Assembly: GCA_030690305.1 (NCBI GenBank)
Contig: JAUYHB010000024.1
Coordinates: 260 to 64,259, forward strand
DNA length: 64,000 nucleotides
Reading direction: 5' to 3'
Origin: a bacterium
GTDB lineage: Bacteria > Patescibacteriota > Minisyncoccia > Phycocordibacterales > JAGLPS01
The translations under genes and the position numbers were made by a program. Below are positions 19,601 to 29,560 of this stretch, one piece after another (positions within the stretch are counted from its first letter, which is position 1; the number at the start of each line of letters is the position of its first letter). The notes below the pieces were generated by a model, which saw nothing but the letters and a program-made list of their open reading frames with translations, did not search any database and had not been told where the DNA came from.

Positions 19601-20152
19601 CTATTGAGAAATTTCGGTTTCCTTACGAGTCGCCATTTCGTCAAACTTTTTCTGGGCGTCATCGACTATCTTCTGCATTTCGTCTTTAAAACGGAATTTT
19701 TCGTCTTCGGTGAGTGTTCCCGCTTTTTCTTTCGTCTGTATATCATTCCACACCCTGTCGCGCTCTTTCCGCATGGAGATTTTTGCTTCTTCAAGTTTCT
19801 GCCGCGCAATCTTAATGAGGGACTGCCTGCGCTCGGCGGTCAAATCGGGGAAAATTACCCGGAGACCTTTGTCGTCAACGGCAACCGAAAGACCGAGGTC
19901 GGCGAGAGTAACCGCCTTTTCCACCTCCTTTACCTGCGATGCGTCCCACGGAACAACACGAAGTGTTTTTGCATCTTCAACAGCGATACTTGCGACTTCC
20001 CGAATCGAAGCCTTGGACCCATATGAGAGAACTTCAATACCGTCAAGCAAAGAAGGGGTCGCGCGGCCTGTGCGGACGGATGCAAATTCTTTGATAAGCC
20101 AATCGTTTACTTCGGCAACTTTCAGTTTGAACGGAGAAAAATTATATGGCAT
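19601..20152 (-). CDS. frr: Ribosome recycling factor
   Basis: VRTGRATPSLLD and PDLTAERR motifs. Confidence 0.95.
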   Translation of the reverse strand: MPYNFSPFKLKVAEVNDWLIKEFASVRTGRATPSLLDGIEVLSYGSKASIREVASIAVEDAKTLRVVPWDASQVKEVEKAVTLADLGLSVAVDDKGLRVIFPDLTAERRQSLIKIARQKLEEAKISMRKERDRVWNDIQTKEKAGTLTEDEKFRFKDEMQKIVDDAQKKFDEMATRKETEISQ

Positions 20153-20216
20153 ATAAATTATTTATATTCTTGTTATTACCATTAACAGTAACAGAAGCGG
20201 GATAAAAATCCAGCCT

Positions 20217-20903
20217 CTAAGATGCGGTGGGAATAACAAGTGAAAGATATTCGAGGATAATTTTTACCGAGGGAGAGCGGTCATGAAGATATGAACGGCA
20301 GAGAATAATTTCTTCGAAAAGAGCCGCGTCTTTGACGGTCATGCCTGTTTTCAGATTTCGCAGTGCTTTTTCCAGGCCTGTAAGAAAAGAGATTGCGCGC
20401 GCTTTGTTCTTGTCTTCAATAATCGGTTTCAGCAGATTAATTCTTTCGGCCGGCCGCAATGAAAGAAATTGTGCAGCCAAACTGTCATCCTCTTTTTCTT
20501 TGCTTTCGAAAACGTAGTGAAGCAGACGGGAAAGAAATGTCGGAAGTAAAGATTCGGCTGAAGGCAGGATGAGAAAAAAATGGGTATGCGGGGTCGGCTC
20601 TTCAAACACTTTAAGCAGGGCATTTTGAGCCTCATGCGTAATGCCTTCGGCAGACACGATAAACACTTTAATACCTTCGGAAAAAGCCGTAAAAGATTGG
20701 CGTTCTTTAATATGCCTTCCCTCGTCAATGCCAATTGTTTCAAATGTGCCGTGCCAAAAGTCGGGATTTCCGGCAGTCTTTATTTTTACTTTTGTTTCAA
20801 AAAACTCGACAAGTTCGGGCACAATTTCCCGAGACCTGCCTTCTATAAGATATGCATGATGCAATGTGCCTGTTTTTCTATACGTGTCGACAAGGAATTT
20901 CAT
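20217..20903 (-). CDS. DNA polymerase III delta-prime-like protein
   Basis: HHAYLIEG, EAQNALLKVFEEP and LLPTFLSR motifs. Confidence 0.75.
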   Translation of the reverse strand: MKFLVDTYRKTGTLHHAYLIEGRSREIVPELVEFFETKVKIKTAGNPDFWHGTFETIGIDEGRHIKERQSFTAFSEGIKVFIVSAEGITHEAQNALLKVFEEPTPHTHFFLILPSAESLLPTFLSRLLHYVFESKEKEDDSLAAQFLSLRPAERINLLKPIIEDKNKARAISFLTGLEKALRNLKTGMTVKDAALFEEIILCRSYLHDRSPSVKIILEYLSLVIPTAS

Positions 20904-20916
20904 GTCTTTTCTTTTA

Positions 20917-21026
20917 GTTAAAGTGAGAATTTGCTTTTCAAAAATCTTGCGGAGTTCGTGGAGAACGAGCAGAGAAAAATTCAGTAGAATTTTATCGTGT
21001 TTTTGAAAAGCAAATATGAGCGGTTT
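20917..21026 (+). repeat. Structured dispersed repeat, family A copy 1
   Basis: Aligns with 36761-36873 and with the reverse complement of 49541-49652. Confidence 0.9.
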
Positions 21027-22040
21027 TTACCGCTTGGCTATAATTGTTTTTTTATACAAATCAAGATGGTTAAGGGCGATTCCGGTTCCTTTGGCAACGC
21101 AGAAAAATGGGTCTTTCGCGAGAATTGCCTTGACCCCGGTCCTGCGGTAGACAAGTTCGGGAAGATTGCGCAGTTGGGATGTTCCGCCCGTCATAATGAT
21201 TCCTCTGTCGATAATGTCTGAGGACAGCTCCGGTGGAGTTTCCTGCAAAACATTTTTAACGGCACGAACGATTTCTTGCAGTTCCTTGTTTATGGCCTTA
21301 ACCACTTCGTTTGTTTTCACTTCTATTGAACGGGGAAGGCCTGAAACGAAATCACGTCCTTTTATGGTAGCCGTCAGTTCCTCATCAAGAGGAAGCGCGG
21401 AACCGATTTTGATTTTTATTTCTTCCGCGGTTCGGTCACCGATAGCAAGATTGAAGGCTTTTTTGATGTAATCGGCAATGGCATGATCAATTCTATCCCC
21501 GGCAATTTTTACGGAAGTAGACGCAACGATGCCCCCCAAAGAAATGACAGCGACGTCAGTTGTTCCGCCACCGACATCCACCACCATGTGCCCCGCCGCT
21601 TCGTGAATTGGTATTCCCGCCCCTATCGCGGCAAGGATCGGTTCTTTAACAACATAGGCGTTCCGCGCGCCGGCTTTAATCGCGGCCTCAATAACCGCGC
21701 GCCGTTCCGTTGACGTTACCCCGGCGGGCACAGACACCAACACCTCGGGCTTTATAAAACTCCACCTACCGAGAACCTTGCTGATAAAATAGCGCAGCAT
21801 CGCTTCGGTGACACGATAATCGGCAATTACTCCGTCTTTCATCGGTCTGTAAGCGATAATGCTTTCCGGAGTTTTTCCTATCATTTCTTTCGCTTCCGTT
21901 CCGACGGCAAGAATTTTATTGTCTTCTTCGGATACGGCAACCACGGAGGGCTCATTTAGGACAACACCCTTCCCCGGCACATACACGAGCGTGTTCGCCG
22001 TGCCGAGGTCTATTCCGAGTTTTCGAGAAAATAGTCCCAT
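21027..22040 (-). CDS. mreB: Second MreB/Mbl paralogue
   Basis: LGIDLGTANT and DVGGGTTD motifs. Confidence 0.9.
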   Translation of the reverse strand: MGLFSRKLGIDLGTANTLVYVPGKGVVLNEPSVVAVSEEDNKILAVGTEAKEMIGKTPESIIAYRPMKDGVIADYRVTEAMLRYFISKVLGRWSFIKPEVLVSVPAGVTSTERRAVIEAAIKAGARNAYVVKEPILAAIGAGIPIHEAAGHMVVDVGGGTTDVAVISLGGIVASTSVKIAGDRIDHAIADYIKKAFNLAIGDRTAEEIKIKIGSALPLDEELTATIKGRDFVSGLPRSIEVKTNEVVKAINKELQEIVRAVKNVLQETPPELSSDIIDRGIIMTGGTSQLRNLPELVYRRTGVKAILAKDPFFCVAKGTGIALNHLDLYKKTIIAKR

Positions 22041-22044
22041 ATTT

Positions 22045-23352
22045 TTATTTAATATTTTTGCTCTGCGGACCAACCGTACGTGTAATGTTGACGCCAATCG
22101 AAGACAGCCTCTCTTCAATGCGTTCATACCCCCTGTCTATGTAATAAACATTATTGATAACCGAAGTCCCTTTTGCAACTATGGCGGCAATGATGTAGGC
22201 GAGGCCCGCCCGGATGTCCGGACCGTACAATTCCCTGTTTTTAAGAGGGGTTTTCCCCTTAATGAGCGCACGCTGGGAATCCCACACGGTGATATGCGCT
22301 CCCATCTGCTTGAGGTCCTCCATGTAACCAAGACGCCCTTCAAAAATAGTCTCAAAAATAACGCTCTCGGTTTCCAGTTGTGTCAAAAAAACGGCAAGCG
22401 GGGCCTGAAGGTCGGTTGGGAATCCGGGATATTCGTGAGTACGAATTTGGATTTGCCCTTCGGGGATTTTTTTTACTCCCCGCACGCGGATAAAATCTTC
22501 TCCTGTTTCAAGTTTTACTCCGCATTCCGAAAGAGTTTCAATCAACGACAAAAGATGGTTCGGGTTGCAGTGTGCGATGGTCAAGTCATTTGAGGTAATC
22601 GCGCCAAGGATAAGAAAACTCCCCGCTTCAATTCGGTCGGGAATCGTGATGTAGGGTTTCTTTTGTGTAAGCAGTCCCCCTCCGATAACGGTAAGCGTCG
22701 TCGTGCCGATTCCTTCAATGTGCGCGCCGTTTTCTTTAAGAAAAAGGGCAAGACTTTCCACCTCAGGCTCCAGAGCGACGTTGCGTAAAACCGTTTTTCC
22801 CGAAGCCAAAATTGCGGCCATAAGAAATGTCTCGGTCGCCGTTACGCTTTGCACTTTAAAAAAAATTTCCGCGCCGGAAAGTCCGTTCGGTGCAACAAGC
22901 GAAAACTGGTCGTCTTTTTCGGAGACTTTTGCCCCCATTTTTTTAAATCCCTGAAGAAACAAATCAATGGGTCGTTTACCTATCACGCATCCGCCCGGAT
23001 ACGGGAAGGAAACTTTTTTAAAACGGGAAAGGAGCGGGCCGGAAAGTATGATTGACGCACGGAGACGTTTTGCTATTTCTACATTAAGAAAAGATTTTTT
23101 TACTTCGTTTCCGAAAAGCAGGAGAGTTCGTTTCACCGAATCTTGGGAATTTTTTGCACCCAAATCTTCAAGTAATTCGAGCATGCGGGAGACGTCTTCA
23201 ATATGGGGAACATTTTCGGCGGATATCGGGTGCTCAAAAAGAATGGAAGAAGCCATAATAGGAAGAATTGCGTTTTTTGAGCCTCTAATTGAAACAGTGC
23301 CGCTTAATACTCGCTTCCCACCGAGTCCGTTAATGAGAAACTGATCTTTCAT
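22045..23352 (-). CDS. murA: UDP-N-acetylglucosamine 1-carboxyvinyltransferase
   Basis: GSKNA, PGGCVIGKRP, PDRIEAG and YPGFPTDLQ motifs. Confidence 0.95.
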   Translation of the reverse strand: MKDQFLINGLGGKRVLSGTVSIRGSKNAILPIMASSILFEHPISAENVPHIEDVSRMLELLEDLGAKNSQDSVKRTLLLFGNEVKKSFLNVEIAKRLRASIILSGPLLSRFKKVSFPYPGGCVIGKRPIDLFLQGFKKMGAKVSEKDDQFSLVAPNGLSGAEIFFKVQSVTATETFLMAAILASGKTVLRNVALEPEVESLALFLKENGAHIEGIGTTTLTVIGGGLLTQKKPYITIPDRIEAGSFLILGAITSNDLTIAHCNPNHLLSLIETLSECGVKLETGEDFIRVRGVKKIPEGQIQIRTHEYPGFPTDLQAPLAVFLTQLETESVIFETIFEGRLGYMEDLKQMGAHITVWDSQRALIKGKTPLKNRELYGPDIRAGLAYIIAAIVAKGTSVINNVYYIDRGYERIEERLSSIGVNITRTVGPQSKNIK

Positions 23353-23429
23353 CCAACCTATACTACGACGTTTGGAAGGCTTTTACAAATATTGAGTTTT
23401 TAAGGGTTTTCTGTGATTATAGGGTCTAT

Positions 23430-24233
23430 ATGATGGCAACATTTAAGAAATCAAAATGGGCTCTTTTGTATGGAAGTATCGCGGTTGTAGTGCTCTTTGG
23501 GGCGCTTGCAGCAACGTTTTTGTTGGCCGGTTATTCCCTTGGACCGGGATTGTCGGTTCGGCATCCGGGAACAATTACGGTAATTGTTCCGCACAAAGAT
23601 ACTCATGTGTTTCTTGATGACCGCCGAGTCGGCATCAGTTCAAAGGAAAACGAAGTGTTCAAACTTTCCAACATTGCCACCGGGGCGCACACCGTTCTTG
23701 TGGCCAAAGAAACTTTTTTCCCGTGGGGTAAAAACATTGTTCTTAAAGAAAAAGACAGTATCACCGTGCGACCTTTTCTCGCGCCCGCTTCCGCGCAAGT
23801 GAGTATAATAACGGAAAACAATGACCGCTTCGCGGAATTAAAAAACAAAATTATCGGCTCTCCCCTTTCCTTGCCGCAGACAATAAAACTTTCTCCGGAC
23901 AACACCGTGGCGTTATGGACCGATGGGAAAAATGTTATTGCGGAATGGCGGGGAGGCGACATCAAACCCCGATATTTCTGCGAAAACACATGCACCAATA
24001 GAATTATTGTTTTCACGGCGGATTCGGAAATAGAAAATACGGATTTTTATGCCAACCGCTCCGACGTTATCATGATTGCAATCAAAGACGGTATATATGC
24101 GATTGAACTGGATGCAACGGGAGTTCAAAACTTTCAGCCGTTGTATGTAGGTATCGGCCCCCGATTTCTTAAAGAAAGTTCCGAGAGTTTTCTTGTTTTG
24201 GATGGCGATTCCTTAAAAGAAGTCGCCTTCTAA
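23430..24233 (+). CDS. Membrane-anchored PEGA-like domain protein
   Basis: N-terminal TM helix, then GTITVIVP...VFLDD...GAHTVLVAKETFFPWGK, a PEGA-like pattern. Confidence 0.6.
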   Translation: MMATFKKSKWALLYGSIAVVVLFGALAATFLLAGYSLGPGLSVRHPGTITVIVPHKDTHVFLDDRRVGISSKENEVFKLSNIATGAHTVLVAKETFFPWGKNIVLKEKDSITVRPFLAPASAQVSIITENNDRFAELKNKIIGSPLSLPQTIKLSPDNTVALWTDGKNVIAEWRGGDIKPRYFCENTCTNRIIVFTADSEIENTDFYANRSDVIMIAIKDGIYAIELDATGVQNFQPLYVGIGPRFLKESSESFLVLDGDSLKEVAF

Positions 24234-24244
24234 AGGCGTTTGCC

Positions 24245-26152
24245 ATGAAAAATGAAGAAGGACAAAAAGAGGTGCACATCATCCATTGCATCCCCATTGC
24301 ACGTGGCATTTTCAGGCAACATCTTTCGTATTTCACAACAGCCGAGATTCCTCTCGGAGCGGTTGTAAAGGTTCCCGTCCGCGGCCGAAAAATGCTTGCG
24401 CTCGTCGTTAAAAAAGAAAGGGCAAGTGATTTAAAAACGGACATCAAAAGAGCGGCATATGTAATAAAAAAAATTGAAAAAATTGAAACAGTTTCTTTTT
24501 TTTCAAAAGAATTCATTGAAAGCTGCGAGGAGGCCGCGCATTACTTCGCGACAACAACCGGCCAAGTCGTAAGCGCACTTGTCCCTAAAACAATACTCGA
24601 GCACATGAGTCGTGTGTCGCGTCCTCTGCAGGAAGGCAAAACACCGATTACGGGAGAACGTTTTATTTTACAAAGCGGAGCTGAAGATCGATTTGCCAAT
24701 TATAAAAGCCTTGTTCGTGAAGAATTCGCACGCGGTTCATCTGTATTTTTTTGTCTTCCGACAATAGAAGATATAAAAAAAGCAAAAAATATTCTTGAAA
24801 AAGGCATTGAGCCGTATACCCTAAGTATTCATACATCAATGGGAACGAAAGAACTTATCAAGATGTGGAATGCGATTGTTTCGGAGCCCCATCCGGTCCT
24901 CATCATAGCAACCGGGACATTTCTTTCCATCCCGCGCGGAGACATTTCAACAATTGTAATTGAGCGGGAAAATTCCCGAAGCTATAAGACTCAGAAACGC
25001 CCGATTATGGACATTCGCGTTTTCGCCCGGCTGTTTGCAAAATTAAGCGGCAAGCGCCTTATCCTCGGAGACACGTTGCTTCGGGTGGAAACGATTTTTG
25101 ATTACAAAAACAACGAGTATCTAGAGATCGCTCACCCGAAGTTTCGCTCGGTTCTCCATGAACATACCGAGGTAATTTCGATGAAGAGCAAGGCGGTCAA
25201 GGGCAAGTTCGAAATCATAAGCGACGAGCTCGCAGAACTTATCGAGAAAACAAAAAAGAACAACGAACGGCTTTTTTTGTTTTCCGTACGCAAGGGCATC
25301 GCGCCCTCCATCGTGTGCGGGGATTGCGGAGCGACGGTTGTGTCCGAGCAATGTGGTGCGCCGATGATATTGAAACGAGGGGAACGGGAAAATGTTTTTT
25401 TCTGTCCCGTGTGCAAAGAGGAACGGAGCGCGAAAGAAATATGCAAACAATGCGGCAGTTGGAAACTTCAGGCATTGGGGGTGGGCATCGAGCGGATTGA
25501 AGAAGAAATCAAGGAACGCTTTCCCTCCGTCAAACTTTTCCGCATCGACAAGGACAAAACGAGCACGTACAAAAAAGCAAAGGAGGTTTCTGAAAAATTC
25601 GAAAATACGCCGAGCAGCATCCTTTTGGGTACGGAAATGGCGCTTCTGTATCTTTCAGGCGTTGAAAACGCAGCCGTTGTTTCGATGGATTCCCTCTTTT
25701 CCGTGCCGGACTTCAGAATAAACGAAAAGATTCTTTATATTCTCCTTACCATGCGCGACCTCGTGACAAAACAGTTTCTCATCCAGACGCGGAATCCTCA
25801 GCAACTTATTTTGGATTACGCTGTCAAAGGTAACCTTATTGATTTTTATCGTGATGAAATAACCATACGAAAACATCTCGGTTATCCCCCATTTTCGATT
25901 ATTGTCAAAATGAGCGTGCGAGGAAGAAAAAACAGCGTGGAAAGTATGATGAAAAAAATGGAGGCCATATTTGCGGACAAATCTCCCGATGTGGTTTCGG
26001 TATTTTCTCCCGCTCCGGAAAAGTCATACGGACTTAATATGATTATGAAAATCCCGCGGGATAAGTGGCCCGACGAGGACATACTTTCAAAAATCCGCTC
26101 ACTCGGTCCCGCTATCGCTGTCGAAGTTGACCCTGAAAGCATATTGAATTAA
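24245..26152 (+). CDS. priA: Primosomal protein N' (PriA)-like, degenerate helicase motifs
   Basis: 3'-DNA-binding N-terminus, Cys-rich region, GVGIERIEEE, PDFR, IQT, GYPPF and AVEVDP motifs. Confidence 0.8.
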   Translation: MKNEEGQKEVHIIHCIPIARGIFRQHLSYFTTAEIPLGAVVKVPVRGRKMLALVVKKERASDLKTDIKRAAYVIKKIEKIETVSFFSKEFIESCEEAAHYFATTTGQVVSALVPKTILEHMSRVSRPLQEGKTPITGERFILQSGAEDRFANYKSLVREEFARGSSVFFCLPTIEDIKKAKNILEKGIEPYTLSIHTSMGTKELIKMWNAIVSEPHPVLIIATGTFLSIPRGDISTIVIERENSRSYKTQKRPIMDIRVFARLFAKLSGKRLILGDTLLRVETIFDYKNNEYLEIAHPKFRSVLHEHTEVISMKSKAVKGKFEIISDELAELIEKTKKNNERLFLFSVRKGIAPSIVCGDCGATVVSEQCGAPMILKRGERENVFFCPVCKEERSAKEICKQCGSWKLQALGVGIERIEEEIKERFPSVKLFRIDKDKTSTYKKAKEVSEKFENTPSSILLGTEMALLYLSGVENAAVVSMDSLFSVPDFRINEKILYILLTMRDLVTKQFLIQTRNPQQLILDYAVKGNLIDFYRDEITIRKHLGYPPFSIIVKMSVRGRKNSVESMMKKMEAIFADKSPDVVSVFSPAPEKSYGLNMIMKIPRDKWPDEDILSKIRSLGPAIAVEVDPESILN

Positions 26153-26193
26153 AAATCGTTGCAAATCCACGTACTCTGATATAATTTTGAGCA

Positions 26194-26727
26194 ATGGTAA
26201 AAATAGTCCAAAAGGAAGACCCCGTTCTGCGTCACATGGCCAATGAGGTGCCTGTTGAGGAAATCAAAAGCGCGAAAATTAAAACCGTGCTTAAAAACAT
26301 GAAAGAGGCGCTGTATTCTCAGGATGACGGAATTGCAATTGCCGCACCACAGATAGGACAGTCATTGCGTATTTTTATGGTATCGGGAAAAGTGCTCGCT
26401 ACGCTTGAAGGAAAAGAGGACGGGCATGAAGAAGACCTTACGTTCATCAATCCACGCATTATGCGAATCTCAAAAGAAAGTAAAGAAACGGATGAAGGAT
26501 GTTTGAGCGTGCGATACCTGTACGGCAAAGTAAAACGGGCAGTCAAAGCGTCAGTCACCGCCTACGACGAAGACGGCGTAGAATTCAAACGCGACGGGCA
26601 CGGACTTTTGGCACAAGTGTTTCAGCACGAAATTGACCATTTAAACGGCATACTGTTTACCGATAAAGCAAAAGACATTGAAGAGGTTTTGCCGGAACAC
26701 CCTACAATCACTCCTTCGCATGAATAA
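26194..26727 (+). CDS. def: Peptide deformylase
   Basis: GIAIAAPQIG, EGCLS and QHEIDHLNG motifs. Confidence 0.95.
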   Translation: MVKIVQKEDPVLRHMANEVPVEEIKSAKIKTVLKNMKEALYSQDDGIAIAAPQIGQSLRIFMVSGKVLATLEGKEDGHEEDLTFINPRIMRISKESKETDEGCLSVRYLYGKVKRAVKASVTAYDEDGVEFKRDGHGLLAQVFQHEIDHLNGILFTDKAKDIEEVLPEHPTITPSHE

Positions 26728-27595
26728 GGCACCCTCTATCGTTTTTTTCGGCACATCTGATTTTTCGGTCCGTGTGCTTTCGGCGTTAAAAGAAAAGGGG
26801 ATTCTCCCCTCTCTTGTCGTTACCGCTCCCGACAAACCTGTGGGCAGGAAACAAACCGTCACCCCGCCGCCGGTAAAAGTATGGGCACAAGAACATAAGA
26901 TTTCCTTTCTTCAGCCGGAAACTCTTAAGGGAGATTTTGCAGAAAAACTGAAAGGGTCAGGAGGAGCTTCCGGTTGGGACCTTTTTATCGTTGCCTCGTA
27001 CGGAAAAATTATTCCGTCGTCGGTGCTCTCTCTGCCCCGCCACCATACGCTTAATATACATCCCTCGCTTCTTCCAAAATTCCGCGGGGCATCCCCGATT
27101 GAAACAGCAATTATCGAAGGAGAGAAAACCGGGGTAACCATAATGGAAGTTGATGAACAAATGGACCACGGCCCTGTTGTTTCTCAGAAGGAACTTGTGA
27201 TGGAATGGCCGCAGAATTACCAAACCGCATCGGACGCCCTCGCCCGTCTCGGTGGAGAACTCCTTGCGCGGGTTATTCCCGATTGGATTTCGGGAACCGT
27301 AAAAGGAATCATCCAAAATCATGACGAGGCGACATTTACAAAAAAAATTGTTACGGAGGACGGAATGGTAGACCTGTCTGAAAATGCGCTCAAAAACTGG
27401 AAGAAGTTTCTTGCTTATGCCAAATCCCCCGGTGCTTATTTTTTTACGGAACGGAACGGGAAAAAAATCCGCGTCAGGATTACAAAAGCGGAATTAAAAA
27501 ATGGGGAGTTTATCATACACCGCGTTACTCCCGAAGGAAAAAAAGAAATGGAGTACTCCGACTTTAAACGGGGAGAAAAGAAAGGAGAGATTTAG
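26720..27595 (+). CDS. fmt: Methionyl-tRNA formyltransferase
   Basis: FFGTSDF, NIHPSLLPKFRGASP and MDHGP motifs. Confidence 0.95.
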   Translation: MNKAPSIVFFGTSDFSVRVLSALKEKGILPSLVVTAPDKPVGRKQTVTPPPVKVWAQEHKISFLQPETLKGDFAEKLKGSGGASGWDLFIVASYGKIIPSSVLSLPRHHTLNIHPSLLPKFRGASPIETAIIEGEKTGVTIMEVDEQMDHGPVVSQKELVMEWPQNYQTASDALARLGGELLARVIPDWISGTVKGIIQNHDEATFTKKIVTEDGMVDLSENALKNWKKFLAYAKSPGAYFFTERNGKKIRVRITKAELKNGEFIIHRVTPEGKKEMEYSDFKRGEKKGEI

Positions 27596-27771
27596 TCCTC
27601 GAATTCAATAATAGTCACGAGATACGGGTCAAAGAGAAGTGCAAGGTCTTGCGCCGCGGTTTCCGTTTTATAGAGAATAAAAATAAGGATTGAAAACAGG
27701 AAGCCCCAAATAAGAATTGGGACGGTGATAATATTGGGCACTTTTTGTTCAAACGCGAAAAGTTCTCTCAT
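27592..27771 (-). CDS. Small single-pass membrane protein (59 aa), absent from the ORF track
   Basis: MRELFAFEQKVPNIITVPILIWGFLFSILIFILYKTETAAQDLALLFDPYLVTIIEFED*; starts 1 nt after the hpf stop and fills the gap. Confidence 0.55.
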   Translation of the reverse strand: MRELFAFEQKVPNIITVPILIWGFLFSILIFILYKTETAAQDLALLFDPYLVTIIEFED

Positions 27772-27772
27772 A

Positions 27773-28141
27773 TTAATTCCACGGCATGTGCCTTAAAAGG
27801 TTTTTTATTTTTGCGCTTCCCCTTCTTAAAAGCGTGTCTTTTTTCGTTTTGTACGCCTTGAGTGAATGACTTATTTCGTCCTTGACTTCGTCAAGGGCGG
27901 CATAAATATTGTCCTTTTCGGAAACCGCGGTAAGATATTTTCCCGCCACGTGAATGTGAAATTCGGCTTTGAAAACATCGCCGGTACGATGATGAGATGT
28001 TGTTCGTGCCACTTCAACGTCGCACATAACACTGGTATCAGAAGGGTCAATAAATTTTTCCACGCCCGCTAATTTTTTATCGATGTATTCCTGAAGCTTT
28101 TCATCAAGCACCATGTCCGTTGTTTTGATGTTTGTTTTCAT
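27773..28141 (-). CDS. raiA: Ribosome hibernation factor HPF/RaiA
   Basis: YIDKKLAGVEKF and NIYAALDEVKDEI motifs. Confidence 0.85.
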   Translation of the reverse strand: MKTNIKTTDMVLDEKLQEYIDKKLAGVEKFIDPSDTSVMCDVEVARTTSHHRTGDVFKAEFHIHVAGKYLTAVSEKDNIYAALDEVKDEISHSLKAYKTKKDTLLRRGSAKIKNLLRHMPWN

Positions 28142-28174
28142 ACCTTAAATTATAGCAAAGGAACGCCCTCTTCT

Positions 28175-28396
28175 CTACGAGCTAATATGAAATATCTTTG
28201 AGGGAGAATGGTGACCCCGAATGAGACGTACGGAGGAAAGCGGCACTGAAAGGCGTTTGGCAACAATTTCCCTTACACGCCTATTCGCCATATTACGCTC
28301 CGGTTTCTCCTTAACTTCCACAGACAAAACATCGGAAGCGATGGAGGTACATCGTTCTTTTTTGGCTCCCGTTTTAACTTTGACTTTAATATGCAT
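28175..28396 (-). CDS. DUF167/YggU family protein
   Basis: VKVKTGAK, KPERNMAN and LIRGHHSPSK motifs. Confidence 0.8.
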   Translation of the reverse strand: MHIKVKVKTGAKKERCTSIASDVLSVEVKEKPERNMANRRVREIVAKRLSVPLSSVRLIRGHHSPSKIFHISS

Positions 28397-28992
28397 CAGT
28401 ACGCTTCCTCTTCCCGGCGGTATAAGCCCATAAGATGAGTTTCCTCTAATATGTGTCCTTCCATGCCTTTTTCAAGCGTTTCCCGCTCCGCGCCTTCGGG
28501 TAAAGAAAGTGTCGTGTCAAGCGCGTACAATTTGAAAAAATAACGATGGGCGCCGGAAGGAGGGCATGGTCCCCTATATCCCTTGGTACCGGCCGTTGTT
28601 ATTCCGGTGCTGCCTTCCGGGATGCTGTCTTCTTCGATACCGGTCGTGCCCGCAGGAATATTCCACATTATCCAATGCGTAAAAACACCTCTCGGAGCAT
28701 CCGGGTCATCGACAATAAGCGCAAGGGACTGCGTGCCTTCAGGGACTCCTTCAATTTTCAAAGGAGGATTTATATTCTCCCCGTCGCACGTATACAACGA
28801 AGGAATTTCGCTGTTATGCTCAAACGCTTCGCTTTTAAGAGTAAACGTTGACATGGTGTTTAAGTCTGAAACGAGAGAAGATGACCGCTCGTTTTGCCCG
28901 ATATCCGGCAAGACAAGTTTTTCCCACACCAAGAAAACAAACATTCCGACAAGAAACACAATCGCGACAAGCGGCATGCCATATCGTTTCAT
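28396..28992 (-). CDS. YbhB/YbcL family PEBP-like protein
   Basis: DDPDAP, HWIMWN and GPCPPSGAHRYFF motifs. Confidence 0.9.
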   Translation of the reverse strand: MKRYGMPLVAIVFLVGMFVFLVWEKLVLPDIGQNERSSSLVSDLNTMSTFTLKSEAFEHNSEIPSLYTCDGENINPPLKIEGVPEGTQSLALIVDDPDAPRGVFTHWIMWNIPAGTTGIEEDSIPEGSTGITTAGTKGYRGPCPPSGAHRYFFKLYALDTTLSLPEGAERETLEKGMEGHILEETHLMGLYRREEEAY

Positions 28993-29087
28993 CTTTAATA
29001 ATTATAGCACTCCGTCAAAAAGCAAAGAGGTCTGTTGCCAAAAACGTGTGGGTACGACAAACAACACCGGAGGAACCTCCTTAGACC

Positions 29088-29543
29088 TTAATCAGAATTT
29101 TTCTTTAAAGAGGACAGTTTTTTGAAAATACCCTCAAGACCCATTACTCTTCCTGAATGAAAAGCGGCAAGAATAAATAGACCGAGCATAAAGACAATAT
29201 GCTGGTCAACGATATAGGCTGTGGCGCTTGGGTGAGGAAAACCGAGCGGGATATAGTATAGAAGCATGAGAATGATTCCAAGCGTTGCGCTCATGCGTAC
29301 GAAAATCCCGAGAATCAAGGACACCCCAAGAAGCGTGAGCCCCCATTCGTTAACAAAATTGATGACGGGAAGAATGCTCGGTTGTAAAAATATCTGGTAC
29401 AAACCCGTAAATGCTTTGGCTCCTTTGAGATACCCTTCCGCAGACCATGCGGGATTAAGCACTTTTGTTATCCCTGCGTAAAAATACATCCACCCGAGAC
29501 CGACTCGGAGAAGAAAAAGAGAGATTTTTTGATACTTTGACAT
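29088..29543 (-). CDS. DoxX family membrane protein
   Basis: LRVGLGWMYFYAGITK and EWGLTLLGVSLILG motifs. Confidence 0.8.
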   Translation of the reverse strand: MSKYQKISLFLLRVGLGWMYFYAGITKVLNPAWSAEGYLKGAKAFTGLYQIFLQPSILPVINFVNEWGLTLLGVSLILGIFVRMSATLGIILMLLYYIPLGFPHPSATAYIVDQHIVFMLGLFILAAFHSGRVMGLEGIFKKLSSLKKNSD

Positions 29544-29560
29544 GGTTTTATTTTATCACG

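Noticed and set aside
20917-21026. Family A/B elements as integron attC sites or self-cleaving ribozymes
   Set aside because: No RYYYAAC/GTTRRRY box pair or integron integrase; several follow core genes; no hammerhead or HDV-like catalytic core recognised by eye.
16124-22040. Two mreB paralogues as a novelty
   Set aside because: Multiple MreB/Mbl paralogues are well known; both look intact.
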